The notes beneath the pieces are model-generated. The model was not told the DNA's origin. It did no database searches and saw nothing but the letters and a program-made list of their open reading frames with translations. This document shows, piece after piece, positions 20,356 to 32,264 of a DNA stretch of 42,564 bases. Position 1 is the first letter of the stretch. Each line of letters opens with the position of its first letter. Origin of the DNA: Xylographa opegraphella (taxonomy: Eukaryota); the NCBI GenBank assembly GCA_022813865.1, contig JALDZX010000101.1, positions 1-42,564 on the forward strand. The letters are read 5' to 3'. A program made the translations under genes and the position numbers.

Positions 20356-23300
20356 ATGGGAAGGAAGGAGTGGAAGAGCGATGTGAAGGAGGCGACAGCT
20401 AACGGAGAGATCCATTTCGGCGGGATGACAGACGACTCACACAGTGCCGTGGACGCACTGGAGAGATATAAAGCGACGGTCTTGCAAGGATTTCAGCAAG
20501 AAACCCAAAAGCTTGAAGCTGCACTGCGCGATGTGCTCGTACCTCGTATGACTGGATCATTTGAGACATCCTGACTGCATCAGTGCACTAATGCCGAGAT
20601 CTAGCGGGCACTTTATCCTCCCAAGATCACGTCGCCTTGCGCATTGAGCTTGATGCTCTGCGCCCATATCCCGAGAAGGTTCGAAAGTTAGAGCAAGAAA
20701 ACGCAGAGTTGAGGGCGAAATTGGGGCGCGCCGCCAAACGCGCCGACCAATCTTCGGCGAAGTCTCGATCTGCGACGCCGAGCACCACCATTCCGAAAAA
20801 GCACGAGCCCAAGATACGTAATGTCGTGGATTCTCCCATATTGTTGGGTGAGCCAGCCTTGGCAATATCCGCATCTGAAGCTGCGGTCCACTGGTTGTAT
20901 GTCCATGTTGAGGAGGACTCAGATAGTAGGGTTGCAGAAGTTATGCTCTGGAATGCCTATACTTCACACTCTAGTAGCCTGGACTCTGCTCAAGCGCCTC
21001 TGCTGTCGGACAAGGACCTTACATCTCTCGCCGTCCGTGTCTTCGCTGGTGCTCGCGTTCTGGATGTCAATGTGAACAGTTCGGCGGGGGGGCGCTGCAT
21101 TGAAGGTGTCAAGTTTCGGCATACGAACATGGAATTTCAGCGACTTGAACGTCTGATAGAAAAGAAAGACAGAGATTATGCCATTTTAATAGAGAAGCAT
21201 TTCAAGTTACTAGGCAAGTCAAATGAGCTGAGGGAGAGTGTCAAGAGCTGGCAGGCATACTATGACCGAATTGTATCGATGCCTGATCTAAAAAGACACA
21301 CTATCGATGATGCTGCTTCTATTGGGATCGACGACGAACAAAGCGGAGGAAACACATCCTGGTTAGTAAATACAGGGAATTTTCAACATCGTGATACACG
21401 GCGAACTCCGGAGAACCACAAAGCCGGATCTAGCAATTCGACGCCAAGGACAGATTTTCCTTCACAGGTCCACACAGGATATCCGGTCAGACCAGTCGAA
21501 GTCACAGCGTCGAGTGATCTTGATGCGGAGCTTTTGTTCCCACAAATGAACACACGTCTTACCGCAGATCATCCACGTGCTTCAAATGCATGTGCTTCTG
21601 ATGATTCTACCCAACTTGCTTCCTCTCCCACGAGTGACAACAAGACTGCGAGTATAGGGATAGTTCCAGCCGTTGCTGTAGTGGCTGGAGATGACTCGGA
21701 CAGTCCGATCGTAATATCTGAGAGATCATTAAAGAGAAAGAGACAAAGGGGTGTTGAGCATGGGATTTTTCGTGTCCACGAAGACACTTGCAGACAGGTA
21801 GATACCTCGAGAAAGCGGATCTTTGTCAAAAGCGAGCTCGAACCGAGTCCAGTCGCCCCTATCAACACACATATATCTGAATCCATTCATGACACCTTGG
21901 ATCTTGATGAGGTGGGAGACGGAGGTCGTACACCCGTGAAGCGAAAAGGACCCAAAACCCTCTTCGGCTCTAAGGAAGTGGATAACGACACCAGGAATAG
22001 GCCATCTTCGCTAAGACGCACTGGATATATTGAGAATGGGCATACTGATCTCATCGCTTCAACAGACGATCTAAATCTAATACAATACCAAGAGGATGAT
22101 AAAAACGTCGGAGCTTCTTGCAGGACTCTGGGAGATGCGTACGGACAGCGGCTTTTGCAAGAACACTTCGAAAGGAAAGCTGAGTCCGTGAAAGATCGAG
22201 AAACTGTTGATTATCACACGCCACAGCACAGCAGAGTGGCAAAGCAGCATCATCACAGCCAGAACGTCAATTTACGGCAGGATCAATGGATGTCAGAAAG
22301 CCACAATGCCACAACTGGATTTGAAGGGGGTGCTGCTATCAGTGCCGAAGATCAAGTATCCGTGATATTCTGCGCCGAAACCAAAAAAGGGCTTCAGCCA
22401 TTAACGTCGAATATACTTCAGCCATTAACGCCGAACACCCAGATCTTACCCAGGACAAGCATGCAAGCCTGTGTTCCTAAAGTTAGTCCGGCTCGGAAAC
22501 GGTGCAGTAACAGTAGCGCCCAAATCTCGATGCTGTCTGAGGATGGTGACTGTGATTCTAGATATGGATTAGGTGTCAAGACGGATGCAAAGCAGCACAC
22601 AGACTCTGTTTCTCGTAGCTCAAGTAAAGTGCCGACGATAACGGCAATCCATCAGCGACTCGGTGGACTGCTCAGTGAGCCTTCGCCCGAAAAGCCAACA
22701 TTGGCACGCAGTGATAGGATCACTAGACCTGGAAGAATTCTTGAGGATCTGAAGAGTTTCCATGAATCGTTCACAACCCGCGCTACTCGATCGGGCGGCA
22801 CGGGTAACGTCCCCAGGGAAACAGCATTTCCGACACAAACTAGCGGTGTCGAAGCAGAACAGGCACGAGAAACGGTTCATCCTTCGAACACTGGACCAGT
22901 GAACTTCGTACGGACAGCACACGGCTCAATGCGAGAAAGAAGGCCACTCAGAAGCCGTTCGGTCCGTAGTCTACGTCTGGATGACTTCAAGCTCAACCCT
23001 GCCGTTAATCAGGGCGTCGACTTCGCCTTCAACCAAGTGATCCGTAGCAAAGATCAGCGGAAATGTTTACCCAACTGTACGAAAGCCGAGTGTTGTGGGG
23101 ACAAATTTCACAAGATGGTCAGGATTGGTGGCATGCCTGCGCCCCAAAGCCGAGGGCTCTGGGACTCTTCGCCGACGGACGACGCGGAGCATGACTACGG
23201 CCTGCTTCGAGACTCTACAGGTCTCGATGTGGAGGGTCTGGAGCGCATGTCAACGGCAGAGAAGGATTCGCTCCTCGAGCAAGCCAAAGCTCGGAAGTTT

Positions 23301-23498
23301 GGCAGCGAATACGGAAGACATAGGTATGCGCACGAGCGGGCAGCTTCCCCCCCAGGATTCTGGCGCACCGAGATGCCAACGACGCAAGAGGTGGAAGGCG
23401 ACAAGGAAAAGGCACAGGCAGTGGAGAGGGCAAAGATTGAGGCAAGATACAAGGAGGCGATGAAGGGGTCCGGAAAATGGATATTTCGGGACGAGTGA
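20356..23498 (+). CDS. SAE2: DNA end-resection factor Sae2/CtIP (Ctp1) family; exons 20356 (or ATG 20425)-20545, 20605-23498
   Basis: C-terminal SAE2 domain: 'LDDFKLNP', 'RKCLPNCTKAECCG', RHR motif 'YGRHRYAHERAASPPGFWRTEMPTTQE', end 'GKWIFRDE'. N-terminal coiled coil. Intron 20546-20604 (GTATGA...CACTAAT...TAG). Confidence 0.9.
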
Positions 23499-24412
23499 AT
23501 GTGGCAGGCGGCAGGCGGCAGCTTTGGGCACCTCACCGTGGCTCGCTGCGAAAAGCGCATTGAAAGTCATCGGATCGGTGACGAGCTTAGTCAAGAAAAT
23601 CAGCGATGCGGAAATCTTCTGTTATTCATGTTTACTTAGCCCATGGGTTGCTTTCCGCCTAAGTCCTAGTTAGCTGACGAAGAAGCAGGAATAGATGTAT
23701 TTTGCGTATTCGATCAGGTAGGTAGATTGGATGAGGGAGAGTTCTTCTCTGGGAGCTGTTTTTTTCTCTTCGAGAGTTGTCGGTGTGAGGACGTTCTTGC
23801 TCGCCGAGCCTCACCAGGTGGTACCTACCTTAACCTTACCTTGCCTAGCTCCGTACTCAGCTGTAAGGTACCGTACCTTTGTATTATTTCGCTTCCATTC
23901 TTCACACGTGGGCACTACCTCCCTTTTGGGTGTAGTGCCCGTGTCCCATTGGCCGCATTCCAGCTTCAGGTATCCTACCCTACCTTAGCGTTGACCTTGG
24001 CCCCGCGCGCGCCTTTCATGAAGCGAAAGGCCGACGATCGATGATCTGGCTGGCGATAAGGCCCTCGTTCTCGGACTTAAGCCCGACCGAAGCAACACAT
24101 CGTCAGGCGCTTGCATTCCTCGCTCGTTGCGCGTGCCGGCTTCGTGTCGCTCCTGTCGGCGAGGGCGGGTGCCTTTTCGAGCGGACAGGCTCACGGTCAT
24201 CGGGCCTCTTCCAGGCTTCTTCGTCCTGCCGTATATCTCAAGCAGCATCTCTCCAAGAAGTGCTGCCTGTGTAAGTGATGCCCGCGTGACCTGGACACAC
24301 CCACCGAGCCTGCTCGCATCTCCAGTCCCCCATTCCACCCTGACGACTTCCATTGATCAAGACGCCGCCCAGCAGTGCGCAACCTCAAGTCACATACGAA
24401 TTGAGAGCTCCG

Positions 24413-25548
24413 ATGGCCCAAGGCTTGGTAGCGCGCCTGGTACGTCCATGTTTCACACCGTCAACAACCAAAGGATACGATACTGACATTCCTCCCAGTC
24501 CGCTTCTCCTCAAGACGCTGCTCCCTCGGGCCCGCCCTATGCGCCGCCCGTCGCCGCGCTCGGTGGTCAACCGACCATCGGCCTGGATGTTCCCATCACA
24601 GCCGTCTTTCTCTTCCTCTTCGTCTGCGGCGCCGTCTCCCACATGACCATATTTCAATTCAATCGCCGTCGCGGCCACAAATTCCTCTTTTCTGGCGCCA
24701 TGTTCGGTTTCTGTATGGCGCGATCACTAACCTGCATCATGCGTATCGTTTGGGCATTCCGTCCAACTAATGTCTCCATCGCCATAGCAGCATCCATCCT
24801 GGTGGCCGCAGGAGTGGTTATCCTTTTCCTGATCAATTTGCTTTGGGCACAACGAATCCTGCGCGCCGCCCACCCACGTCCAGGGTGGCATCCGCTGCTG
24901 TCGTTGGCTTTTACCGCGCTTTACGCCCTCCTCATCGCAAGCCTCGTCATTCTCATCGCTTTCACCGTTCTCTCATTCTACACCCTCGATCCCTCCAAGC
25001 GGCAGACGGCTCACGGCCTTCAGCTGTACGGCGGCACCCTGTTTGCCGTCATCGCTTTCCTGCCAATCCCCATCGTTCTTGCCGGCATCATTGTCCCGCA
25101 CAAAAGTCGCGTGGAGAAATTCGGATCCGGGAGGTTTCGCACCAAAGTGTATATCCTGGTTGCAGCAGCTTTCCTCCTCAGCCTCGGAGCTTGGTTCCGC
25201 ATCGGCACCAGCTACCTGCCTCCGAGGCCGCGCGACAATCCGGCATGGTATCAGAGCAAAGCCTGTTTCTATGTCTTCGACTTGGGGGTGGAGGTGGTGG
25301 TCATTTGGCTCTACATCCTGGTCAGGGTGGACCGGAGATTTCACGTTCCAGATGGGAGCAAAGGGCCCGGGGATTACAGTGGTTTGGTTTTGAGGACCAG
25401 TGCGCAAGCAGGATCCGATCCGGCAGGCGGGGAGGGCAAAACGGTCACAAGACTCATGACGGAAGAGGAAGTATTCGACGACGTGCCGGAAGAGGAGGTC
25501 GAGCAAGCGGACAGGGCCGCGGCCAGAGTCCACGACGCGGAGAAATGA
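24413..25548 (+). CDS. Fungal multi-pass membrane protein (DUF3112-like); exons 24413-24439, 24499-25548
   Basis: 27-nt first exon (MAQGLVARL), intron GTACGT...TACTGAC...CAG, then 'GPPYAPPVAALGGQPTIGLDVPITAVFL...HMTIFQFNRRRGHKFLFSG', about 7 hydrophobic segments, 'EKFGSG', 'WYQSKACFY', 'RVDRRFHVPDGS'. Confidence 0.85.
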
Positions 25549-26184
25549 AGCGGTGCTCACCATGAATAGGACCTGCCATTAATTCATCATATCTCGGGGC
25601 GCCGGATGCTACCAGCACTGGCAGCTTCAACCGCTGGATGGATAATGGCGGAGGTCGGACGAGAAAGCACGGTGCCGCATGCCATGCCCATACAAGTTTG
25701 AGAACATCCATTCCAGCGACCTGTATGTAATTGTACAACACTCTGACATGAAACCGTCGATAATTTTAATGCTACTTCTGGTCGTGCTTGTCATCTCACT
25801 CATCTACTTCAACTCCAATGTCTGAGGAGCCTCCGTTTGACCCAATCGAGAGCTTCATATTGCACGCATTGCACGTTTTGTCCTGAATTTGGACGCATCG
25901 AGGCCACGGACACCCCTGAGTCTCGCCGACGGGCCACGATATACACACGGGCAACTGGGTACGTACAGGTTGACATCCAAGCGCAGTGTGGTGATGACTG
26001 GCACCATCCTCTATATGCTGGAGTTCAATATACTCTTCTTCCCCGAATCAAAACTCGAGACGACGCAATATAGGCGTAGAAGCGAGTCGGGGATCTACCC
26101 GATGACTTGGGCTTAAGTTGGATAACGGTGAACGCAGGTCCGATTTCCGGATAGGCTAGTAGTAGCACGTCCAGTCGCCAAAGC

Positions 26185-27513
26185 TCAGCGCCTGCTTCGC
26201 GTTCTTTGAAAAACGAGGGCCAGAACTCCAGCAACGAGGCCAAGCCGCATCGCAAGAGTCACCACAATAGCCCGCCTCATAAGGTCGTAGTGACCTTCGA
26301 GTAAGTGTCCGATGGTGCCGGCGGATGCTGCTCGTTTAGAGGCATTTTGGGAGCCTGTGAGCCCCAGACCGTCCATATGAACCCCATGCGGTTGCCATCG
26401 AGAATTTTGAACGCCTATAGTGTCAAGACCTTCTTCGACAACCGCGATAGGACTCTCCTGCCGTTTGGCGTCCATTTCCTGGAGCTTGCGCTTGTGGAGA
26501 CGGCGGGTCATCAGCCATACCATAATTCGCAGGTCCCACGGAGAGAACGTTGGCCATGTCCATAGCTTAAAGGTATTGCTAGAGGGCAGTAGATCAAGGA
26601 AATCCGCCATGATTCCGTGTGTGAGACCCCACAGAAGCAGTGGCTTATCACGCTTACTGGAGCTGGTGGAACTGCCTGATGCAATCGTTGTGATCGCGTC
26701 TGCAATAGATGTAAATCGCGACACTGTGGTCTGAAGGGGAATGAAGCCAGGAACCGAAGTGCAGTAGATACTTTCTGAAGGGATAAGCCGAACTGCAGCG
26801 AACATCATCTGGCCGAGCGTGAACCGGAGAATACCCCTGAGGAACCCCCCGCCCCGCTTGGCAAGTCGGTCCGCAACATCAGCATGTTCATGAGCCCTCA
26901 GCGACGGAGCTAGCAAAGCGCGCATCGACACCCAATGGACAGAGCTGACTTCTGAAGGTTGTAAGCGCAAAGGCGGGATGTCATATCGTGTGAGAAGAAA
27001 TACGAACGGGCACAACACCATCAAAGGCACCGTACCCCACGACGTTGTCACTACCCGTTCTGGAAGGTTTCCAATGAACGCGGAGTGCTCCGTCGTAAGA
27101 TCGAGGCCGATTTCCTCCATGGTCTCACGAATGCTGGTCGCCATGTCACTTTGGTCTCCAGCCTCGCGCTTGCCGCCTGGCAAAGCAACATGACTGGTCC
27201 ATCGATCCCCTTCCCTGGCGGCGCGTTTGATGAAGAGGATTTCAGGATCGCCACGCTGCACCCATGATTGATCAAAGAAAGAGTTCAGACCAGCATGAGG
27301 AGGAATTCCCGGGTTCGTAGCTGAGTTGCAAATAGTGGCTTCATCGGGAAATGTTGGACGAATGCGGAGTATCAGCGCAACGGAAGCCCGTTTTCGACAT
27401 CCGAGTGGATTCGGTACTGCAGGATACGGATTACCCTGTAGGCCTGACAGAAGAGTCTTCAATTGGTCGACCAGGCTCGGCGCAGAGATTTGAAGCTCAA
27501 TACTGTCGTTCAT
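26185..27513 (-). CDS. Nudix hydrolase, CoA-pyrophosphatase (Pcd1/NUDT7-like) subgroup, with predicted C-terminal membrane anchor
   Basis: 'RASVALIL', 'EILFIKRA...WTSHVALPGGKREAGDQSDMATSIRETMEEIGLDL' Nudix box, 'LQPSEV', 'LWGLT'; hydrophobic C-terminus. Single 442-aa ORF. Confidence 0.88.
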   Translation of the reverse strand: MNDSIELQISAPSLVDQLKTLLSGLQGNPYPAVPNPLGCRKRASVALILRIRPTFPDEATICNSATNPGIPPHAGLNSFFDQSWVQRGDPEILFIKRAAREGDRWTSHVALPGGKREAGDQSDMATSIRETMEEIGLDLTTEHSAFIGNLPERVVTTSWGTVPLMVLCPFVFLLTRYDIPPLRLQPSEVSSVHWVSMRALLAPSLRAHEHADVADRLAKRGGGFLRGILRFTLGQMMFAAVRLIPSESIYCTSVPGFIPLQTTVSRFTSIADAITTIASGSSTSSSKRDKPLLLWGLTHGIMADFLDLLPSSNTFKLWTWPTFSPWDLRIMVWLMTRRLHKRKLQEMDAKRQESPIAVVEEGLDTIGVQNSRWQPHGVHMDGLGLTGSQNASKRAASAGTIGHLLEGHYDLMRRAIVVTLAMRLGLVAGVLALVFQRTRSRR

Positions 27514-27826
27514 TCTTGCTTGCGCTCCACGCCAGTTCTCATCCCATGTCTGAGGGACTTTCCCATGGGGACGTTGACATGGCTTGGCATTACGTGCACG
27601 GACCAGCTTTATCCTCGGACAAGCTTAAGGTATCCAGACTATAGCTTTTACTCCACATCCATACGACATGCTCTCGTCACTGAGATGGAGAACTGTGGAT
27701 CTTGAGGAATTGGCAGGGTAACTGACACAGATTCTGTAGTGCTCGTGTCAACATTCCGTGTCTGCCAGCACAGAATAGTAGTGGGACTATTGTGGGGTCC
27801 GAAGCACATTCCGCTACCCCTCCAAA

Positions 27827-30416
27827 ATGCGCTTCGGAAAGACCTTGAGAAATTCCATATACGAGCCTTGGAAGGATGACTATATCGAATACTCAAAACT
27901 AAAGTGGCTACTTCGGGAAGACGAGACAGCAGATGCCAATGGCGGAAAATGGACCGATGACGATGAAGGGCGTTTTGTGGAAGAGCTTGTAAATGTTCAG
28001 CTCGAAAAAGTCAATTCCTTCCAAGTAGACACATACAAGCAGCTTCGGGAGCGGACTGCGAAGTGTGAGTCAAGGCTCGAAGTTATTGTCGTCTCCAAAT
28101 CCAAAGAGCAGCATTCGCCGGGAGAAACAAAACTGGAGAAGGACGACAAGGACTCTACATTGCAAGAAATAGAAAAAGAGCTGGATTCAATAAGCAAAGA
28201 CATCAACGAGCTGGAGAAGTACAGTCGCATCAACTATACTGGTTTCTTGAAAGCCGCTAAAAAGCATGATCGGAGAAGGGGTTCCAATTACCGAGTTCGA
28301 CCATTACTGCAGGTTCGGCTGGCAGCTTTACCGTTCAACTCGGAAGACTACTCTCCGCTTCTCTATAGGTTGGTCCAAAACTTCAAGAATTGGAAAGACT
28401 GCTAATATGCCGATAGGCTTTCTGCAATGTACTCCTATATCAGATCAAATCTCAGCCGCGGCACGGAGCGGTCACAATCGGTATCTGAGTCCAAGAATGG
28501 TGGAGACCGGTATACCTCGCACAAATGTATGAAACGACGAACACCCAGGACTAGAGTCAGCTAATAGTTCATTCAGTCTTCATACATCCCGACAACCTTC
28601 TGGAGGTCAAAACCTACATCCTTCGTCGTCTTCCGGTCCTGGTGTACAATCCCAATACCTCAAAAGTAGTGGAGGGAAGCCAGCAGGATCCAACGATAAC
28701 ATCCCTTTACTTCGACAACCCAAAGTTCTCCCTCTACACTCGCAAGGTTGAGAAAGCCGGCGGCGCGTCATCATTACGCTTGCGATGGTTCGGTCAACTA
28801 GCGGAAAAGCCTGAGCTTCTCTTTGAGAAAAAGACGATCGGTGATAGTGATGATAGTGAGGAAATACGATTCTCTATCAAGGAGAAATATGTCAAGCCAT
28901 TCGTCAATGGTGATTATAAGATGCAAAAGAGTGTTCAGAAGCTACAGGAAAGGCAAGGTAATACTTCAGAAGAAGTGACAGGGTTCGAGAAAACGGTCAA
29001 CGAAATCCAGAGCTTCATCAAAGAATACCATCTTCAGCCGGTGCTCCGCGCCAACTACACTCGGACAGCTTTTCAGATTCCTGGGGATGATAGAATTCGG
29101 ATCTCCATCGATACGAATCTTGTGGTCATCAGGGAAGATTCACTGGATATTGACCGGCCTTGCCGAGATCCGGAAGACTGGCATCGTGTGGATATTGACA
29201 GCGCCGAGATGGAATTCCCCTTTACGGGTATAAAGAAGGGAGAGATCTCGAGATTTCCTTATGCAGTGCTCGAGATTAAGGTCAGAAATGATGCAAAGAA
29301 GAAGTCCACTGAATGGGTTGAAGAGTTGATGTCCTCTCATCTCGTGAGAGATGCTCCCCGTTTCTCGAAATTCATCCATGGCGTAGCTTCGTTGTTTGAG
29401 GACTATATCAACACCTTTCCGTTCTGGCTAAGCTTTCTTGAGACGGATATCCGCAAGGACCCCGAAGTGGCATTTCAAGAAGAACAAGACAAAAAAGCGA
29501 AACGTGCAGCGGATGAACATGCCGTTGGCAGCTTCATGGGCGGCAAATCGGCATCGTCTTTCAAGCCTGCCACGGCTTCCCCATCCGGCAAGGTAGCCGC
29601 CTTTCCGCCCAACGAAGTACTGGTAGATGGGAATCGCCAAATTTCTGAAGCGAGAAAAGCGAATCGAGACATGGACGACGTGGTCGAAGAACATGACTCT
29701 GATGGTTATAGCGCAAGGCCGGATCGTGAAATTATAGGCATGCACTCCGGACTTCGTTCATTGTTTCCGTCGTTTTCCACTTCAAAGTATGCTCGTCGAC
29801 ATCGCGAAAGTACTGTCAAATTGCCCCCAGGGGTTCAGGAACCCGAGACGTGGATCAAAGACGCCGGTCCTGTACGCGTGGAGCCGAAGGTCTGGCTCGC
29901 AAACCAAAGGTTTGAGATGTATCCTATCTGTCAAAGAGTATAATTAACTGGCCCCAGAACATTCATCAAGTGGATGCACGTCTCCGTGTTGCTGGCATCC
30001 TTATCACTAAGTCTATACAATGGCGCGGGAAAATCTAATGATATAGCGCGAGCTTTGGGCGTGGCGTACACATTGATTGCTGTATTCGCAGGAGCTTGGG
30101 GTTGGTGGATGTACATCAGGAGGAGCCGCATGATTGAACAACGTAGTGGGAAAGATTTTGATAACGTCCTAGGGCCGATTGTGGTTTGTCTGGGTCTTGT
30201 TGTTGCCCTTTGTCTAAACTTTGGATTTAAGGTACGTGAGGTTCACTTGTGTCACACCACCTTACTAACGAAACACAGTACAAATCGGCAACATCACACG
30301 CGAATACAGAAGTGTGGCATGGTTATACCGACCCGTATCTGCCCCAGATAGACACCGCCTTGACACAATTATTCGACCAAACAATTCGACTAGGAAACCG
30401 ACACCACAAAACCTGA
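27827..30416 (+). CDS. VTC2: Vacuolar transporter chaperone subunit Vtc2/Vtc3 (SPX + VTC/TTM + DUF202 TM domain); exons 27827-28368, 28417-28526, 28577-29909, 29958-30231, 30279-30416
   Basis: SPX 'MRFGKTL...YIEYSKLK', 'INYTGFLKAAKKHD'; 'IHPDNLLEVKTYILRRLPVLVY', 'ITSLYFDN', 'LRLRWFG', 'YTRTAFQIPGDDRIR', 'FSKFIHG', 'VEPKVWLANQRTFIKW'. Four canonical introns. Confidence 0.93.
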
Positions 30417-32264
30417 GTACAAAAGTTGGCGACCGTTATAATAATACGTACATTAGCATAAAATTCAGAAGCAGTTGGCGGATCGATGGAACAGAAACTA
30501 GAGTTTTGCACTGGAGATTGGGTTTGTGGAACACCCGTTGTAACGGGAGCTACCATCGCTGGAAAGGATTCTATCCCCGTGGATGACTATGTTCGTCAAC
30601 ACCTCATTAGGTACTCAGGTAGTTCGAATACGATGCTGCATTGAACAGCCTTCCTGTCTTTCTCTGCCGTCCATGTGTTCTTGATGTCTTTCTTCATGCA
30701 GTCTGGATTGTATATACCACAGCTCAAGGCTTGGGGAATGCCAAATATGAATTCGAGAGCAGCGAGAAAGAGATATGCTCGTGTAGGCGGAAATGCCGCC
30801 CTTGGGGCCCTACTTGTGCAGAACAAATGATATTCGGTAGCCGAGACCAATCTTATACAACGGATACCAATATTCATACTATCATGAGATCCATGTCGGT
30901 TTCAAGGCGGTTTTGTGCGACTTCTCGATGATTTCAAAATTGGGAATGATCCATACTTATGATTAATTGGACTCGGAGCAATTAGAGGCCGGGTCCGATT
31001 GCTATGAGAATTTCTAGAAAAAGTATTGATAGCTCAATACGGCAAGCATTGATTGAAGGGTATATTCTTTCTAGAAATCGCCACTGATATTTGAATACCA
31101 GGCTTTGTGCGTCTCGTCCATCACAGCTGGTCGTGGGATAGAGTTATGGTCTTTTCGACGGACCCTATACATGGCGGCGATGCGTGTGAATGTGATCGAA
31201 AGCTTTCAGGGGTTGACTGGAACCTAACAAGATGGTGACACGAATGCCGCATCTAAACATTGACAGACTGCTGCGACGGTGAGAATTTTGAGCTCTCCAA
31301 ATTGGCAACAGGATGGTATCGTACGTGCTACAGTACTAGCCTATACTAGGATGCTGGCACTCGTTATCAATTTTCTCAATCTTGGATTCCCTGACGATAA
31401 TGAGAAGCGCTCTTCTTCTGCCCGTGAATGGCGAATTTCTTAGTGCAGCTGTGGCAGGTGTAAGAAATTCATGAAGAGCCTTCACTTGGAATGAGCAGCT
31501 CTTGATATTGTCGAAGTGCTTCTGCCATTCGTCTTGCATATGAATATGCTGGCTAACATTGCTTTCGAGCGTGACCTTATAGGCCGAGTAGGTAAATGGT
31601 AACGATTGCGCCACAATCGCTTCCGTAACGTGTAAAATCAAACCCGAGGACATCAACGCATTCTTCGTTTTGCCAACTCAATTGTACTTTATACTGTTGA
31701 GGTCTTACGAGGTAGGGGGGACATGAAGCTCTACCGCTGTAAATGGATGAGAACTACCGACCACATATTACTCTCATATTCTAAAGAGGTAGGATTTTGG
31801 GGAAGGAGAGTGCAGTAAATTGTTTCCACACCATTACAACGCTCACTCGAAAGAGACAAGGCCCAGGAATTCTGCAGCGCCTTGAGGAAGATCGTCTGCT
31901 GCCAGTGCCCTTTTCCGTGCTTGTTTACCATAGCCATCGCCGCGTAATCTTCCTCGAGTTAGCATTGGTGTTTAGTGTGTTTGGGACGAGTCAACGGGCT
32001 ATATGGGCAACGATAAAGATTGGAAAGTCATCACCCCGCAAGTTGTCCACCACACCGCAGGATTTGTCTCCACTAGAATGATCAATGACTTCTCCGATCC
32101 GATGTAACAGGCATTTGAACACCAAAACACTGCAATGGCTTGATGTTTGTGTGGATTTAGTCTGAAGCTACAACACTTCCATGCAGTCTCTAAATTCATC
32201 GTGGTACTTCATATCAAGAAAGAAAGTCATGACTCGTCAGATCATGCTTTGATTTATTCATCCT

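Noticed and set aside
22392..22439. 24-bp duplication in SAE2 (LQPLTSNI/LQPLTPNT)
   Set aside because: Real but a trivial slippage event in a disordered region.
25818..26116. Small ORFs between the DUF3112-like and Nudix genes
   Set aside because: No recognisable family or consistent splice model; lies in convergent 3' UTR space.
30600..32200. Possible gene remnant (e.g. ORF 31336-31656, minus strand) between VTC2/3 and PHO80
   Set aside because: Somewhat protein-like, but fragmented and unassignable by eye; needs tBLASTx.
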